This document shows positions 1 to 7,490 of a stretch of DNA of 10,400 nt, piece by piece. The notes beneath the pieces were generated by a model. The model was not told where the DNA came from and did no database searches. It worked only from the letters and a program-made list of their open reading frames with translations. Both the position numbers and the translations under genes were made by a program. The stretch comes from a virus (lineage: Duplodnaviria > Heunggongvirae > Uroviricota > Caudoviricetes). The stretch spans positions 1-10,400 of IMG/VR virus record IMGVR_UViG_2529292985_000016; one strand, written 5' to 3'. How positions within the stretch are numbered: position 1 is the stretch's first letter; every line of letters begins with the position of its first letter.

Positions 1-120
1 CTCTTCATACCAGTTTTTTCCGTCTTCCGAAAAAAGCCAGGTGACATCATATTGTTTTGTCAGCTGATATTGTTCCACGGTTTTCGGATTGCCCGCAGTA
101 ATATTTTTTAAATGCAACAT
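1..120 (-). CDS. Tail fibre assembly protein (Tfa), N-terminal 40 codons; gene continues past the left window edge
   Basis: ATG at 120..118 on the minus strand, 2 nt after the tail fibre stop (TAA, 125..123). The frame is open to position 1 and translates [40 protein letters not shown], which resembles from memory the N-terminus of enterobacterial Tfa (P2 gpG / Mu U type) chaperones. Position immediately after the fibre gene is the canonical synteny. Confidence 0.7.
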   Translation of the reverse strand, partial: MLHLKNITAGNPKTVEQYQLTKQYDVTWLFSEDGKNWYEE

Positions 121-122
121 TG

Positions 123-1508
123 TTAAACACTCGCCACGTTATACCAGGTGCCATTAATCAGTTTCTGAAGCGGGCGGTAATACACGCCGTTGACGTTATC
201 CGCTGAGTCACGGCCGGTATCCGATATCGCTATCCCTGACAGCCCGTGTCCCGAAGGTGCGCGAAATCTCCACGAAACGGTGTTACTGCCGGGGCTGTAA
301 TACATTTCATGGCCATACCGTACATCCTGTACCCCCTCTGTTCGATATTTATAGCGGGCATCGAAGTTTCCGTAATTTAACGGAATTACCTGTCCGTTTA
401 CGGCGAACGTGATGCTGTTATCTGTATTCCTCTGGCTGAAAAAATGCCAGCCTGAATCATCGCCAAGCTCTGCAACAACAGACCAGGATGGATTACCCCA
501 CAAATAAAACGCTGCATTTTTCGTGGAGTTGTTGGCGCTGGATAACGTGAATTTTCTGGCAGTTCCGGCCTGAATATTCTTAAAAACAATAGCCACTCCA
601 TTCTGAAAGCGGAATACACGCTGACTATTAGCATAAACATCCAGAATACCGTCTCCATTCTGTTTAAATCCGGTGTCATTATCACCAAGAACAATTGAAT
701 TCCCCCCCAGGGCGTTCTGAACGCCGATACCCAGCGCACCATTGACCTGCGAACCACCGCCAACAGACACTTTATGCGACATGGATATTTCACCCGTCCG
801 CAAATTAATGGTGAACGGGCGCAGGGGACCAATATCGCCATTTTCCCCCTGACCTTCACTGGTGGGAATAAGGTGCAGGCACTCTTCCGAACGACGAAAA
901 ATCAGGCCAAAAGCTTCGTTGAAAATCCTCAGCGCATTAACACCACGGATTTTCAGCTCTCCGGTTATTTTATCGCCTTCCCGATGAACATAGCGTTGAT
1001 CTGACTGCTCTTTACTGTAAACCTGAAGATTATCCCGTGCCGTCCCTTTATTCTGAAGGTCTGACAGATTGTTCTTCTGCCGCAGGAATATCCTTTTCGG
1101 ATCCTCAAGAAGATTTACCCAGCCCGCACTGTCGGAGCCTTCAGGATCGGTCAGGTTATCGTCTGTGGTATTCAGCCAGACCGCTGTTGTTGCGACTCCG
1201 GCGAGAATGGCTCCTTTTGCATATCCACCAATGGCCCCCGCAAAACCGGCATTATACGTGTACAAACCGCCAGCTTGGGCGAACCGTATTGCTGCGGTAA
1301 TATCGTACATCAGACCGTTAAAATCCTTGCCGTGTGGCGGTATACCTCCCGCTGAGACCGCTGTCATGGTCACCGGAGGAAAACCTGAATCATACGCAGC
1401 ATTACCGCTCTCTCTGGTCTGCTGTGTCGCCTTGTCCGGGATACGGTTTTTATCTCCGGTACTCGCAAAGGGGACCGCCAGCTGGCGGGGTTTATCACTG
1501 GCCTTCAT
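123..1508 (-). CDS. Tail fibre protein (461 aa) with a P2 gpH / Mu S-family C-terminal region
   Basis: Intact ORF. Start ATG 1508..1506 is preceded by AAGGAG (1521..1516) with a 7-nt spacer. It overlaps the upstream gene's stop by 14 nt and is followed by the Tfa gene. The C-terminal half contains the block [42 protein letters not shown]...[11 protein letters not shown], which I recall as the conserved C-terminal region of P2 gpH-type fibres. Confidence 0.85.
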   Translation of the reverse strand: MKASDKPRQLAVPFASTGDKNRIPDKATQQTRESGNAAYDSGFPPVTMTAVSAGGIPPHGKDFNGLMYDITAAIRFAQAGGLYTYNAGFAGAIGGYAKGAILAGVATTAVWLNTTDDNLTDPEGSDSAGWVNLLEDPKRIFLRQKNNLSDLQNKGTARDNLQVYSKEQSDQRYVHREGDKITGELKIRGVNALRIFNEAFGLIFRRSEECLHLIPTSEGQGENGDIGPLRPFTINLRTGEISMSHKVSVGGGSQVNGALGIGVQNALGGNSIVLGDNDTGFKQNGDGILDVYANSQRVFRFQNGVAIVFKNIQAGTARKFTLSSANNSTKNAAFYLWGNPSWSVVAELGDDSGWHFFSQRNTDNSITFAVNGQVIPLNYGNFDARYKYRTEGVQDVRYGHEMYYSPGSNTVSWRFRAPSGHGLSGIAISDTGRDSADNVNGVYYRPLQKLINGTWYNVASV

Positions 1509-1820
1509 TACGGGACTCCTTTAAAACTACTGAAACATAAACACCCGGCGGGGACGGCAGTGCACCCGACGACTGGATAATCGCCAGTTCTGCCAACGAG
1601 AGCGCGGACTCAAAGATGTAACTCATCCTCAGCCCACCATTATTCAGAACATAAGCCCGCCGTTTTTTTCCGAACATAAATCTCAGCATCCGGTTAATAT
1701 CCGGAACGGAACAGTCAGTAATGTTCGACATGGCTTTCATCAGTATCAGCCGCCGGTATACAGCATCAGACAGGTCAACAGTCCGGGTATCCGATTTTCC
1801 GTTGTAAAACGGTGCCTGAT
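1495..1820 (-). pseudogene. C-terminal fragment of a baseplate gene (P2 gpI / Mu gp48 position) interrupted by IS2
   Basis: The frame is continuous with the N-terminal fragment at 3152..3436 once IS2 is removed (…PCPFNQ|APFYNGKSD…). Stop TGA at 1497..1495. The six-frame ORF 1495..1848 starts 28 nt inside the IS2 left end, so its first 9 codons (MSGDSGGQS) are IS-derived and artefactual. Confidence 0.75.
1816..1820. repeat. Left copy of the 5-bp target site duplication (CTGAT) flanking IS2
   Basis: CTGAT lies immediately outside the IS2 left end (1816..1820) and is repeated immediately outside the right end (3152..3156). IS2 is known to make 5-bp duplications. Confidence 0.85.
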
Positions 1821-1861
1821 TAGACTGGCCCCCTGAATCTCCAGACAACCAGTATCACTTA
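1821..1861. repeat. IS2 left terminal inverted repeat (IRL)
   Basis: IRL TAGACTGGCCCCCTGAATCTCCAGACAACCAGTATCACTTA aligns imperfectly, with a 1-nt offset, to the reverse complement of the right end TGGATTTGCCCCTATATTTCCAGACATCTGTTATCACTTA. Shared blocks are GCCCC, TCCAGACA and TATCACTTA. Confidence 0.8.
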
Positions 1862-1911
1862 AATAAGTGATAGTCTTAATACTAGTTTTTAGACTAGTCA
1901 TTGGGGTACAG

Positions 1912-2277
1912 ATGATTGATGTCTTAGGGCCGGAGAAACGCAGACGGCGTACCACACAGGAAAAGATCGCAATTGTTCAGCAGAGCTTTGAACCGGGGAT
2001 GACGGTCTCCCTCGTTGCCCGGCAACATGGTGTAGCAGCCAGCCAGTTATTTCTCTGGCGTAAGCAATACCAGGAAGGAAGTCTTACTGCTGTGGCCGCC
2101 GGAGAACAGGTTGTTCCTGCCTCTGAACTTGCTGCCGCCATGAAGCAGATTAAAGAACTCCAGCGCCTGCTCGGCAAGAAAACGATGGAAAATGAACACC
2201 TCAAAGAAGCCGTTGAATATGGACGGGCAAAAAAGTGGATAGCGCACGCGCCCTTATTGCCCGGGGATGGGGAGTAA
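1912..2277 (+). CDS. insC: IS2 transposase OrfA (InsC), 121 aa
   Basis: ATG at 1912 (the listed ORF begins at an upstream GTG at 1867). Translation [56 protein letters not shown]…[16 protein letters not shown] matches IS2 InsC as I recall it. Stop TAA at 2275..2277. Confidence 0.9.
   Translation: MIDVLGPEKRRRRTTQEKIAIVQQSFEPGMTVSLVARQHGVAASQLFLWRKQYQEGSLTAVAAGEQVVPASELAAAMKQIKELQRLLGKKTMENEHLKEAVEYGRAKKWIAHAPLLPGDGE
2229..2235 (+). other. IS2 programmed -1 ribosomal frameshift heptamer A_AAA_AAG that produces the InsCD (OrfAB) transposase
   Basis: AAAAAAG at 2229..2235 sits in the X_XXY_YYZ register of the insC frame (codons GCA AAA AAG TGG). The insD frame is -1 relative to insC and overlaps it. 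This is the known IS3-family mechanism. Confidence 0.7.
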
Positions 2278-3140
2278 GCTTAGTCAGCCGTTGTCTCCGG
2301 ATGTCGCGTGCGCAGTTGCACGTCATTCTCAGACGAACTGATGACTGGATGGATGGCCGCCGCAGTCGTCACACTGATGATACGGATGTGCTTCTCCGTA
2401 TACACCATGTTATCGGAGAGCTGCCCACGTATGGTTATCGTCGGGTATGGGCGCTGCTTCGCAGACAGGCAGAACTTGATGGTATGCCTGCGATCAATGC
2501 CAAACGTGTTTACCGGATCATGCGCCAGAATGCGCTGTTGCTTGAGCGAAAGCCTGCTGTACCGCCATCGAAACGGGCACATACAGGCAGAGTGGCCGTG
2601 AAAGAAAGCAATCAGCGATGGTGCTCTGACGGGTTCGAGTTCTGCTGTGATAACGGAGAGAGACTGCGTGTCACGTTCGCGCTGGACTGCTGTGATCGTG
2701 AGGCACTGCACTGGGCGGTGACTACCGGCGGCTTCAACAGTGAAACAGTACAGGACGTCATGCTGGGAGCGGTGGAACGCCGCTTCGGCAACGATCTTCC
2801 GTCGTCTCCAGTGGAGTGGCTGACGGATAATGGTTCATGCTACCGGGCTAATGAAACACGCCAGTTCGCCCGGATGTTGGGACTTGAACCGAAGAACACG
2901 GCGGTGCGGAGTCCGGAGAGTAACGGAATAGCAGAGAGCTTCGTGAAAACGATAAAGCGTGACTACATCAGTATCATGCCCAAACCAGACGGGTTAACGG
3001 CAGCAAAGAACCTTGCAGAGGCGTTCGAGCATTATAACGAATGGCATCCGCATAGTGCGCTGGGTTATCGCTCGCCACGGGAATATCTGCGGCAGCGGGC
3101 TTGTAATGGGTTAAGTGATAACAGATGTCTGGAAATATAG
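2235..3140 (+). CDS. insD: IS2 transposase OrfB (InsD), 301 aa; expressed as an InsCD fusion by -1 frameshifting
   Basis: ORF of 301 codons with stop TAG at 3138..3140. It contains the IS3-family catalytic-core-like region (…[50 protein letters not shown]…). It overlaps the 3' end of insC in the -1 frame. Confidence 0.9.
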   Translation: MDSARALIARGWGVSLVSRCLRMSRAQLHVILRRTDDWMDGRRSRHTDDTDVLLRIHHVIGELPTYGYRRVWALLRRQAELDGMPAINAKRVYRIMRQNALLLERKPAVPPSKRAHTGRVAVKESNQRWCSDGFEFCCDNGERLRVTFALDCCDREALHWAVTTGGFNSETVQDVMLGAVERRFGNDLPSSPVEWLTDNGSCYRANETRQFARMLGLEPKNTAVRSPESNGIAESFVKTIKRDYISIMPKPDGLTAAKNLAEAFEHYNEWHPHSALGYRSPREYLRQRACNGLSDNRCLEI

Positions 3141-3151
3141 GGGCAAATCCA
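3111..3151. repeat. IS2 right terminal inverted repeat (IRR)
   Basis: Imperfect inverted match to the IRL at 1821..1861; the element ends …GGGGCAAATCCA at 3151. Confidence 0.8.
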
Positions 3152-3156
3152 CTGAT
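3152..3156. repeat. Right copy of the 5-bp target site duplication (CTGAT) flanking IS2
   Basis: Identical to 1816..1820. Removing IS2 plus one CTGAT copy rejoins the two gene fragments in frame. Confidence 0.85.
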
Positions 3157-3436
3157 TAAACGGACAGGGATCATCCATTACCGGGGTGTCCATCCTGGAC
3201 TCGCTGAAGCCCAGGTAATTAAAATCGTCCTTTACCGTCAGCCGGCGACTGACACCCACAATCTTTCCCCAGACATCAAGACCATACTTTTCTGCGGTAT
3301 CGATGTTCCAGATAAGACCATAAAAATCACTGATAAAACTGTCGGGGGAAAGCGCTGCGTTAAAGCTGTTAATGAGGGCATTGAGTCGGGGGCTGGCAGC
3401 ATACTGCGCAAGCACAGTGGCAGCCACATTCTGCAC
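3152..3436 (-). pseudogene. N-terminal fragment (95 codons) of the IS2-interrupted baseplate gene (P2 gpI / Mu gp48 position)
   Basis: GTG start at 3436..3434 is preceded by AGGAGG (3448..3443) with a 6-nt spacer and lies 1 nt after the J-like stop (TAA 3440..3438). After codon 95 the frame runs into the IS2 right end, adding a 28-aa IS-encoded tail before a stop at 3065. The reconstructed intact protein would be about 202 aa. Confidence 0.75.
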
Positions 3437-3437
3437 G

Positions 3438-4675
3438 TTATGCCTCCTGGAGTTTCACACTGATATCCGACACATCCAGAACCGGAATCTCATCTATCCC
3501 GAAAGTGACAGCCGTTGTCCATGACGAACCGTCACGGCTCACAGTAAGGCCCAGAATATCAATATGTTCCGGATCGGTTTTGTAAATGCCGGCATAGTAG
3601 CGCCCGGCAGAGACAACAGAGGCAACCCTTGCCCGCAGACCACCATCTGTACCATTAAATGCGTCCAGCACGGATTGCTGTACCTGTCGGGTAATATCTG
3701 AAGGCAGGTAGTCACTTTTTTTCAGCGTCACACTGACATGCAGACTGACGGGTTTGAGTGTCTGCCAGCTGATTACGTATTCAGGATACGGCGGATCGTA
3801 CTCCTTATCTGCAACAGTGAACGTTGTGTTGCCATTCATATCAATACCCGGCGGAGCCTTACGCCAGATGGCCGCCGCGATATCTGCCGGGCTGCCGCCG
3901 TACACGCCAACATAAAGCGAACCGGGTGTTAATGGATACTGACTGACTCCGGCTTTTTGTTCTGTTTTTTTCGGATTATGGGTGACGTAAACATCCACCA
4001 CGTTTTCTACCGTGGAGAGTATTTCACCCCGGATGGCTTCCAGAATATTCCGGGCATTACGGGCAACTGAATTACGTCGGCGGTTTTCAAAGTCCGCACG
4101 GGTTTCCTCATCGCTGCCCGGCACACCGGCACGGGCGTTAGTGACACCTGACCAGCCAGGTATTGCCTTATAAATTTTATTCAGCGTCCCCACAGGACAG
4201 CCGACGGGGCCGGTGGACAAATTCAGAAATACCGCATCAACCTGCCCTGATGCGCCGATAGTGACGTCTGACTGACATACTTATAACCGGCCTCATCCTG
4301 CCCCATACTGCCCGCCGGGATCAGCGTGCCAACCAGCCCGGTACAGGTCGCTGTTACTGTCGTACCTGTGGCCCCACGGCGCTCCAGGAAATAAATCCTG
4401 CCTATTGCATCCTGAAAGCGACCACTGGAAAAGTCAGGGTTGATCTGGTTAACGATATACAGCAACTGATCGTTTTTATCCGCAATAATGGCGCTTTCGC
4501 TGGATGCAAGTTGTCCCTGCGGACTGCTCAGACTGGTACTCATGGCCCCGCCCAGCGCCGCCGAAAAATCAGCAAGCCTGCCGCTCAGAATATCCGCTTC
4601 ATCCGGCACATTCAGCCCGCTATCCGAAATCTGTACAGCGGGCACTGCGGTAGAAAAAGATTTATTTTCACTCAT
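3438..4675 (-). pseudogene. Baseplate J-like protein gene (P2 gpJ / Mu gp47 family), split across two reading frames by an apparent frameshift near 4262-4280
   Basis: The upstream ORF (4223..4675, ATG at 4675 overlapping the preceding stop as ATGA) ends …GYKYVSQTSLSAHQGRLMRYF*. The downstream ORF (3438..4220) has only a TTG start with no Shine-Dalgarno motif, and its frame is open upstream to 4280 (VCQSDVTIGASGQVDAVFLNLSTGPVG…). The two frames overlap at 4226..4280 and read as one J-like protein of about 413 aa if a +1 (or +4) nt change is made. The switch point lies on a TGAC/CTGA tandem repeat (4268..4276). Confidence 0.6.
3443..3448 (-). promoter_or_regulatory. Shine-Dalgarno motif (AGGAGG) for the gpI-position gene
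   Basis: Minus-strand AGGAGG lies 6 nt upstream of the GTG start at 3436 and supports the non-ATG start. Confidence 0.6.
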
Positions 4676-5028
4676 AGCAGTACCGTAAAAATGTCATTAT
4701 TGGTATCTGTAATACGCAGCACACCTGTTACTGTCCGGGTTTGATCAGCTGTGACCTGGCAGACAGCGGCGCTCACGGTCGGCAGTTTAAGTGCTTCCTG
4801 TTGCAGAGTGGCATTCACCAGTTGTGTGCCGGGCCAGTGTCCGAGGATGCGTGGCCAGTAAGGTATGCCAGCCGTTGAGTCGTACCAGCACTCCCCCAGA
4901 AAAGTACTGCACGCACACGCCACATCCTGAGCTACCGCATGGGGATTATCAGTAATGGCAAGATTTCCGGTATCATCAAGCAGGATATCCCATGTCCCGG
5001 TGTCAAGAAGAAGTGATCGTGACTGCAT
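4672..5028 (-). CDS. Small baseplate protein (118 aa) at the position of P2 gpW / Mu gp46; family not recognised
   Basis: ATG at 5028 with an AGGAG Shine-Dalgarno motif 5 nt upstream (minus-strand ACAGGAGAAAAC ATG). Its stop TGA overlaps the next start as ATGA at 4672..4675. It sits between the spike and J-like genes. Confidence 0.6.
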   Translation of the reverse strand: MQSRSLLLDTGTWDILLDDTGNLAITDNPHAVAQDVACACSTFLGECWYDSTAGIPYWPRILGHWPGTQLVNATLQQEALKLPTVSAAVCQVTADQTRTVTGVLRITDTNNDIFTVLL

Positions 5029-5040
5029 GTTTTCTCCTGT

Positions 5041-5631
5041 TTACCGGGATCCCTGCGTGGTTGAGCCGCCGGACTCAACGCCGCCGTGAACGTGGTTTCC
5101 AAAATCAATACCCCCGATGTTCGAACCGCCGGAAAGCCTGGACTGCCCGGTAACGTCAAGCCCCTTACTGACGGCGGTATCGCCGTTCAGCGCAATTTGT
5201 GGTGAGTTAACGGTGAAGCTTTTCGGCGCATTAATCACCCCCTCAGGCGCGGATATCTCCACTTTCCAGGGAGATACAATCCGTATCTGGTTGTCATCAA
5301 ATACCACAAACTGGACGGGATCACCGTTGAGCACGCCACCCAGCCAGATGGCAAGAAAACCGATATCCCCCACATGTGGCGGGATAATCACCGCATTACC
5401 GCCCCCCTGTAGTCGCCATACGGGAATGTTATAAATCACCTCATGTTCAACCGGGGAACCGTCTGCTGCAACGCCCATTACCATCGGTCGGGCCTCAATA
5501 AATCCCTCTTCCACGGCTACCACCCGTCCCAGAGTGATAAACGCATGACGTCCGAGAAACTGCCGCAGCATAAAGTCCTGTGCATTGATTTCGCTGTTCA
5601 CGTCTGTCGGGTTACTGAGTGGTTGTGCCAT
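5041..5631 (-). CDS. Baseplate central spike protein, gpV-like (196 aa)
   Basis: The C-terminus …SGGSNIGGIDFGNHVHGGVESGGSTTQGSR carries a His-x-His apex motif, as in the P2 gpV spike (HTHKH…GGTTG). Size and position (upstream of the W-position and J-like genes) fit the Mu-type baseplate order. Start ATG at 5631 overlaps the upstream gene by 20 nt. Confidence 0.7.
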   Translation of the reverse strand: MAQPLSNPTDVNSEINAQDFMLRQFLGRHAFITLGRVVAVEEGFIEARPMVMGVAADGSPVEHEVIYNIPVWRLQGGGNAVIIPPHVGDIGFLAIWLGGVLNGDPVQFVVFDDNQIRIVSPWKVEISAPEGVINAPKSFTVNSPQIALNGDTAVSKGLDVTGQSRLSGGSNIGGIDFGNHVHGGVESGGSTTQGSR

Positions 5632-6481
5632 TTTCTTCAGCCCTCATCATGGTACAGTTGGAACTCCACGGACCGCCCACGGTTCGCGAAGTAATGGTGT
5701 GTATCACCCCTGTGATCGTATAATCGCCCGTCATATCAGGCAGTGACGATTCCAGATGCGCTGGCCTGCCAGTAAAGAGATCGGGGCAGAATATCGTGGT
5801 GGCGCTGAGTCCGGTCATGGTGTAAACCGGATAGCCAGTCAGTCCGTGATCCGGCGAAATCAGTACCGGCGGAATATTCCGGTTCTGCCCTTTCGGCCAG
5901 ATGGTGACTTTCTCCACATTCCCCAGATCAATGTTAATATCGGCGGCTGAAGCGACATCCAGCATTTGTTGTACAACATTACCGGAAAAATGCGGGTCAG
6001 ACAGACTGCGGCTGACCCCCTGGTTTTCAAATCCAAGCCCGACAGTTGACGCCAGCGCACGGATAATATCTGCAACCGCAACATCGCCCTTTGCGCTGAA
6101 ATCTGCCGCCGGCTGATTACGCAGATTAAAATGAATCTGTCCTGTCAGAATGAGCGGAATATCCGGCGCCTGGTTGTAGTCGGCGTATGCATCAGTAATA
6201 TCACCTTCAAAAATAAGCCGCCCGTCGGCCCACAGCCGCATTTTATTTTCGGTACTCTGCTCCTGTCGCCACACACCGCGCCAGCTTAAATTCGTCATAT
6301 GCGCCGGTGACATTCCCCAGATATACAGCGTGATTTGTGTACCAGCCACCCCTCCATATACGGCAATACTGGCAAAACAGCTTGCGTCGGTAATGGTCAG
6401 CATATTGCCCTGGCCATTACCAAACGTTCGTCCGTCTGAAAGAGTGAACTCCACCGTTATTTTACGTTGTCTGTAGCTCAT
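5612..6481 (-). CDS. Tail/baseplate protein (289 aa), unassigned family; occupies the hub-protein position upstream of the spike
   Basis: ORF whose start ATG (6481..6479) overlaps the upstream stop as ATGA. Placement between the tape measure and spike genes. No motif I can assign with confidence. Confidence 0.55.
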   Translation of the reverse strand: MSYRQRKITVEFTLSDGRTFGNGQGNMLTITDASCFASIAVYGGVAGTQITLYIWGMSPAHMTNLSWRGVWRQEQSTENKMRLWADGRLIFEGDITDAYADYNQAPDIPLILTGQIHFNLRNQPAADFSAKGDVAVADIIRALASTVGLGFENQGVSRSLSDPHFSGNVVQQMLDVASAADINIDLGNVEKVTIWPKGQNRNIPPVLISPDHGLTGYPVYTMTGLSATTIFCPDLFTGRPAHLESSLPDMTGDYTITGVIHTITSRTVGGPWSSNCTMMRAEENGTTTQ

Positions 6482-6780
6482 ATCAGTTCCTCAGGTAACA
6501 GCCAGTAGAGCCGGTACCGGGATCCGAGCCCCCGCCAGTCAGGGTCACTATTCCCCTCCGTGTCGGTAAAAAACAGGTCCCCCTGAAACGGCAGGTATCC
6601 GTACCGGACAATCCGGTTATTATTCAGACACAGCACGCCATACAGGCACGGTTCACCATTAACAATGATATCGATATACATCCCCGTAGTACGCTGATTC
6701 AGGCGAATGGTGCAGACCTGAGCGCCCAGTGTCACCGTAAACTGCTGGGCTTTAACGGGAGATAAAACAATTTCCAGCAT
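6478..6780 (-). CDS. Small tail/baseplate protein (100 aa), function unknown
   Basis: Start ATG at 6780..6778 overlaps the upstream stop as TGATG; its stop overlaps the next start as ATGA. Translational coupling inside the tail operon argues it is a real gene. Confidence 0.55.
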   Translation of the reverse strand: MLEIVLSPVKAQQFTVTLGAQVCTIRLNQRTTGMYIDIIVNGEPCLYGVLCLNNNRIVRYGYLPFQGDLFFTDTEGNSDPDWRGLGSRYRLYWLLPEELI

Positions 6781-7490
6781 CAGGTGATCCCCCTGTTCGT
6801 GGCGCTTCGTCTGTCAGCGTCTGACGGTTGTGTCACCGACGCCGTAACTGGCTGCGTTTTAACCGATGCGGCCCCTTTTGCTTTATCGTTGTCCGTGGGA
6901 GACGACTTATCCGTACTTCCCACTGACACCTCTCCTGTATTCATTACGGTCTGAAATACCGCAGTAACCGTCAGTAAGGTCGGACCATTATTACTTCGCA
7001 TTCGGTAGTCATATTTCACAAGGTCGCAGGATGTCCATGTCTTGTCCGGCGTCTCAATATCGTAGAGTCCTGCCGTGGTACGCATCCTTTCAAGCGTTTC
7101 CAGCACATTCGTCCGCGAGGTGGTGGAAAAATTTGTCAGGTTCGGGACGGATCCGGAAAAGGCCGTCCACCCCTCTACAGTGAAAGTCACATGCAGTTCC
7201 GGCGATCTCTGGATTTTATTAAAGGTGGTATAAGCCCCCTGCTCCACGGGGACGGTGGAAACAGAAGCCTCCGCGCCCACCTCAACGACAACAAAAGAAT
7301 CCGGGGAGAAAGGTTTGCCACCCTTCTGATGGGCACCTGCCGGATCATTCCGTGCGTAATAAATACCGAATGACGGTGCCAGTACACTATTAATGAGTCC
7401 CAGGACACAGCCGCCACGAACTGCACTCAGTACGTTACTTTCACTGAGCGAAAAGTTATTCAGGGAAATATTATCGAAAGAAAAACTCAT
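6780..7490 (-). CDS. Tail protein (236 aa) immediately downstream of the tape measure gene; family not recognised
   Basis: Start ATG at 7490..7488 overlaps the tape measure stop (TGA 7489..7487) as ATGA. The position corresponds to the distal tail / baseplate-initiator proteins of contractile-tail phages. Confidence 0.6.
   Translation of the reverse strand: MSFSFDNISLNNFSLSESNVLSAVRGGCVLGLINSVLAPSFGIYYARNDPAGAHQKGGKPFSPDSFVVVEVGAEASVSTVPVEQGAYTTFNKIQRSPELHVTFTVEGWTAFSGSVPNLTNFSTTSRTNVLETLERMRTTAGLYDIETPDKTWTSCDLVKYDYRMRSNNGPTLLTVTAVFQTVMNTGEVSVGSTDKSSPTDNDKAKGAASVKTQPVTASVTQPSDADRRSATNRGIT

Larger units (their letters stand above)
1821..3151 (+). mobile_element. IS2 insertion sequence (IS3 family), complete 1331-bp copy
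   Basis: Left end TAGACTGGCCCCCTGAATCTCCAGACAACC… and right end …GGGTTAAGTGATAACAGATGTCTGGAAATATAGGGGCAAATCCA match the IS2 termini as I recall them. Length is exactly 1331 bp. It carries insC and insD with the A6G frameshift site, imperfect ~41-bp terminal inverted repeats, and a 5-bp direct duplication of the target. Confidence 0.95.

Noticed and set aside
841-850. Near-Chi sequence ACTGGTGG
   Set aside because: One mismatch from the Chi octamer GCTGGTGG. Not a Chi site.
398-859. 153-aa minus-strand ORF in a second frame inside the tail fibre gene
   Set aside because: Fully embedded in the well-supported fibre CDS, with no independent ribosome binding site or operon context. Shadow ORF.
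123-1508. Possible invertible fibre segment (Gin/Pin-type gix crossover site) within or next to the fibre gene
   Set aside because: No match to the TTATCNNAAACCNNGGTTTNNGATAA-type crossover consensus on either strand. Any invertase would lie beyond the left window edge.
774-1524. Plus-strand ORFs (774..1004, 1037..1300, 1069..1524, 1334..1540) antisense to the tail fibre gene
   Set aside because: All lie antisense within a coupled minus-strand gene; Pro/Arg/Ser-rich translations typical of antisense frames. No evidence of real genes.
1495-1848. 117-aa ORF that looks like a separate gene next to IS2
   Set aside because: Its first 9 codons are inside the IS2 left end. It is the C-terminal fragment of the interrupted baseplate gene, not an independent CDS.
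3125-3463. 112-aa plus-strand ORF spanning the IS2 right end and the interrupted gene
   Set aside because: Antisense to the phage gene fragment and straddles the IS boundary. Artefact of the insertion.
5117-5434. 105-aa plus-strand ORF within the spike gene region
   Set aside because: Antisense to the gpV-like spike CDS, no start-site support. Shadow ORF.
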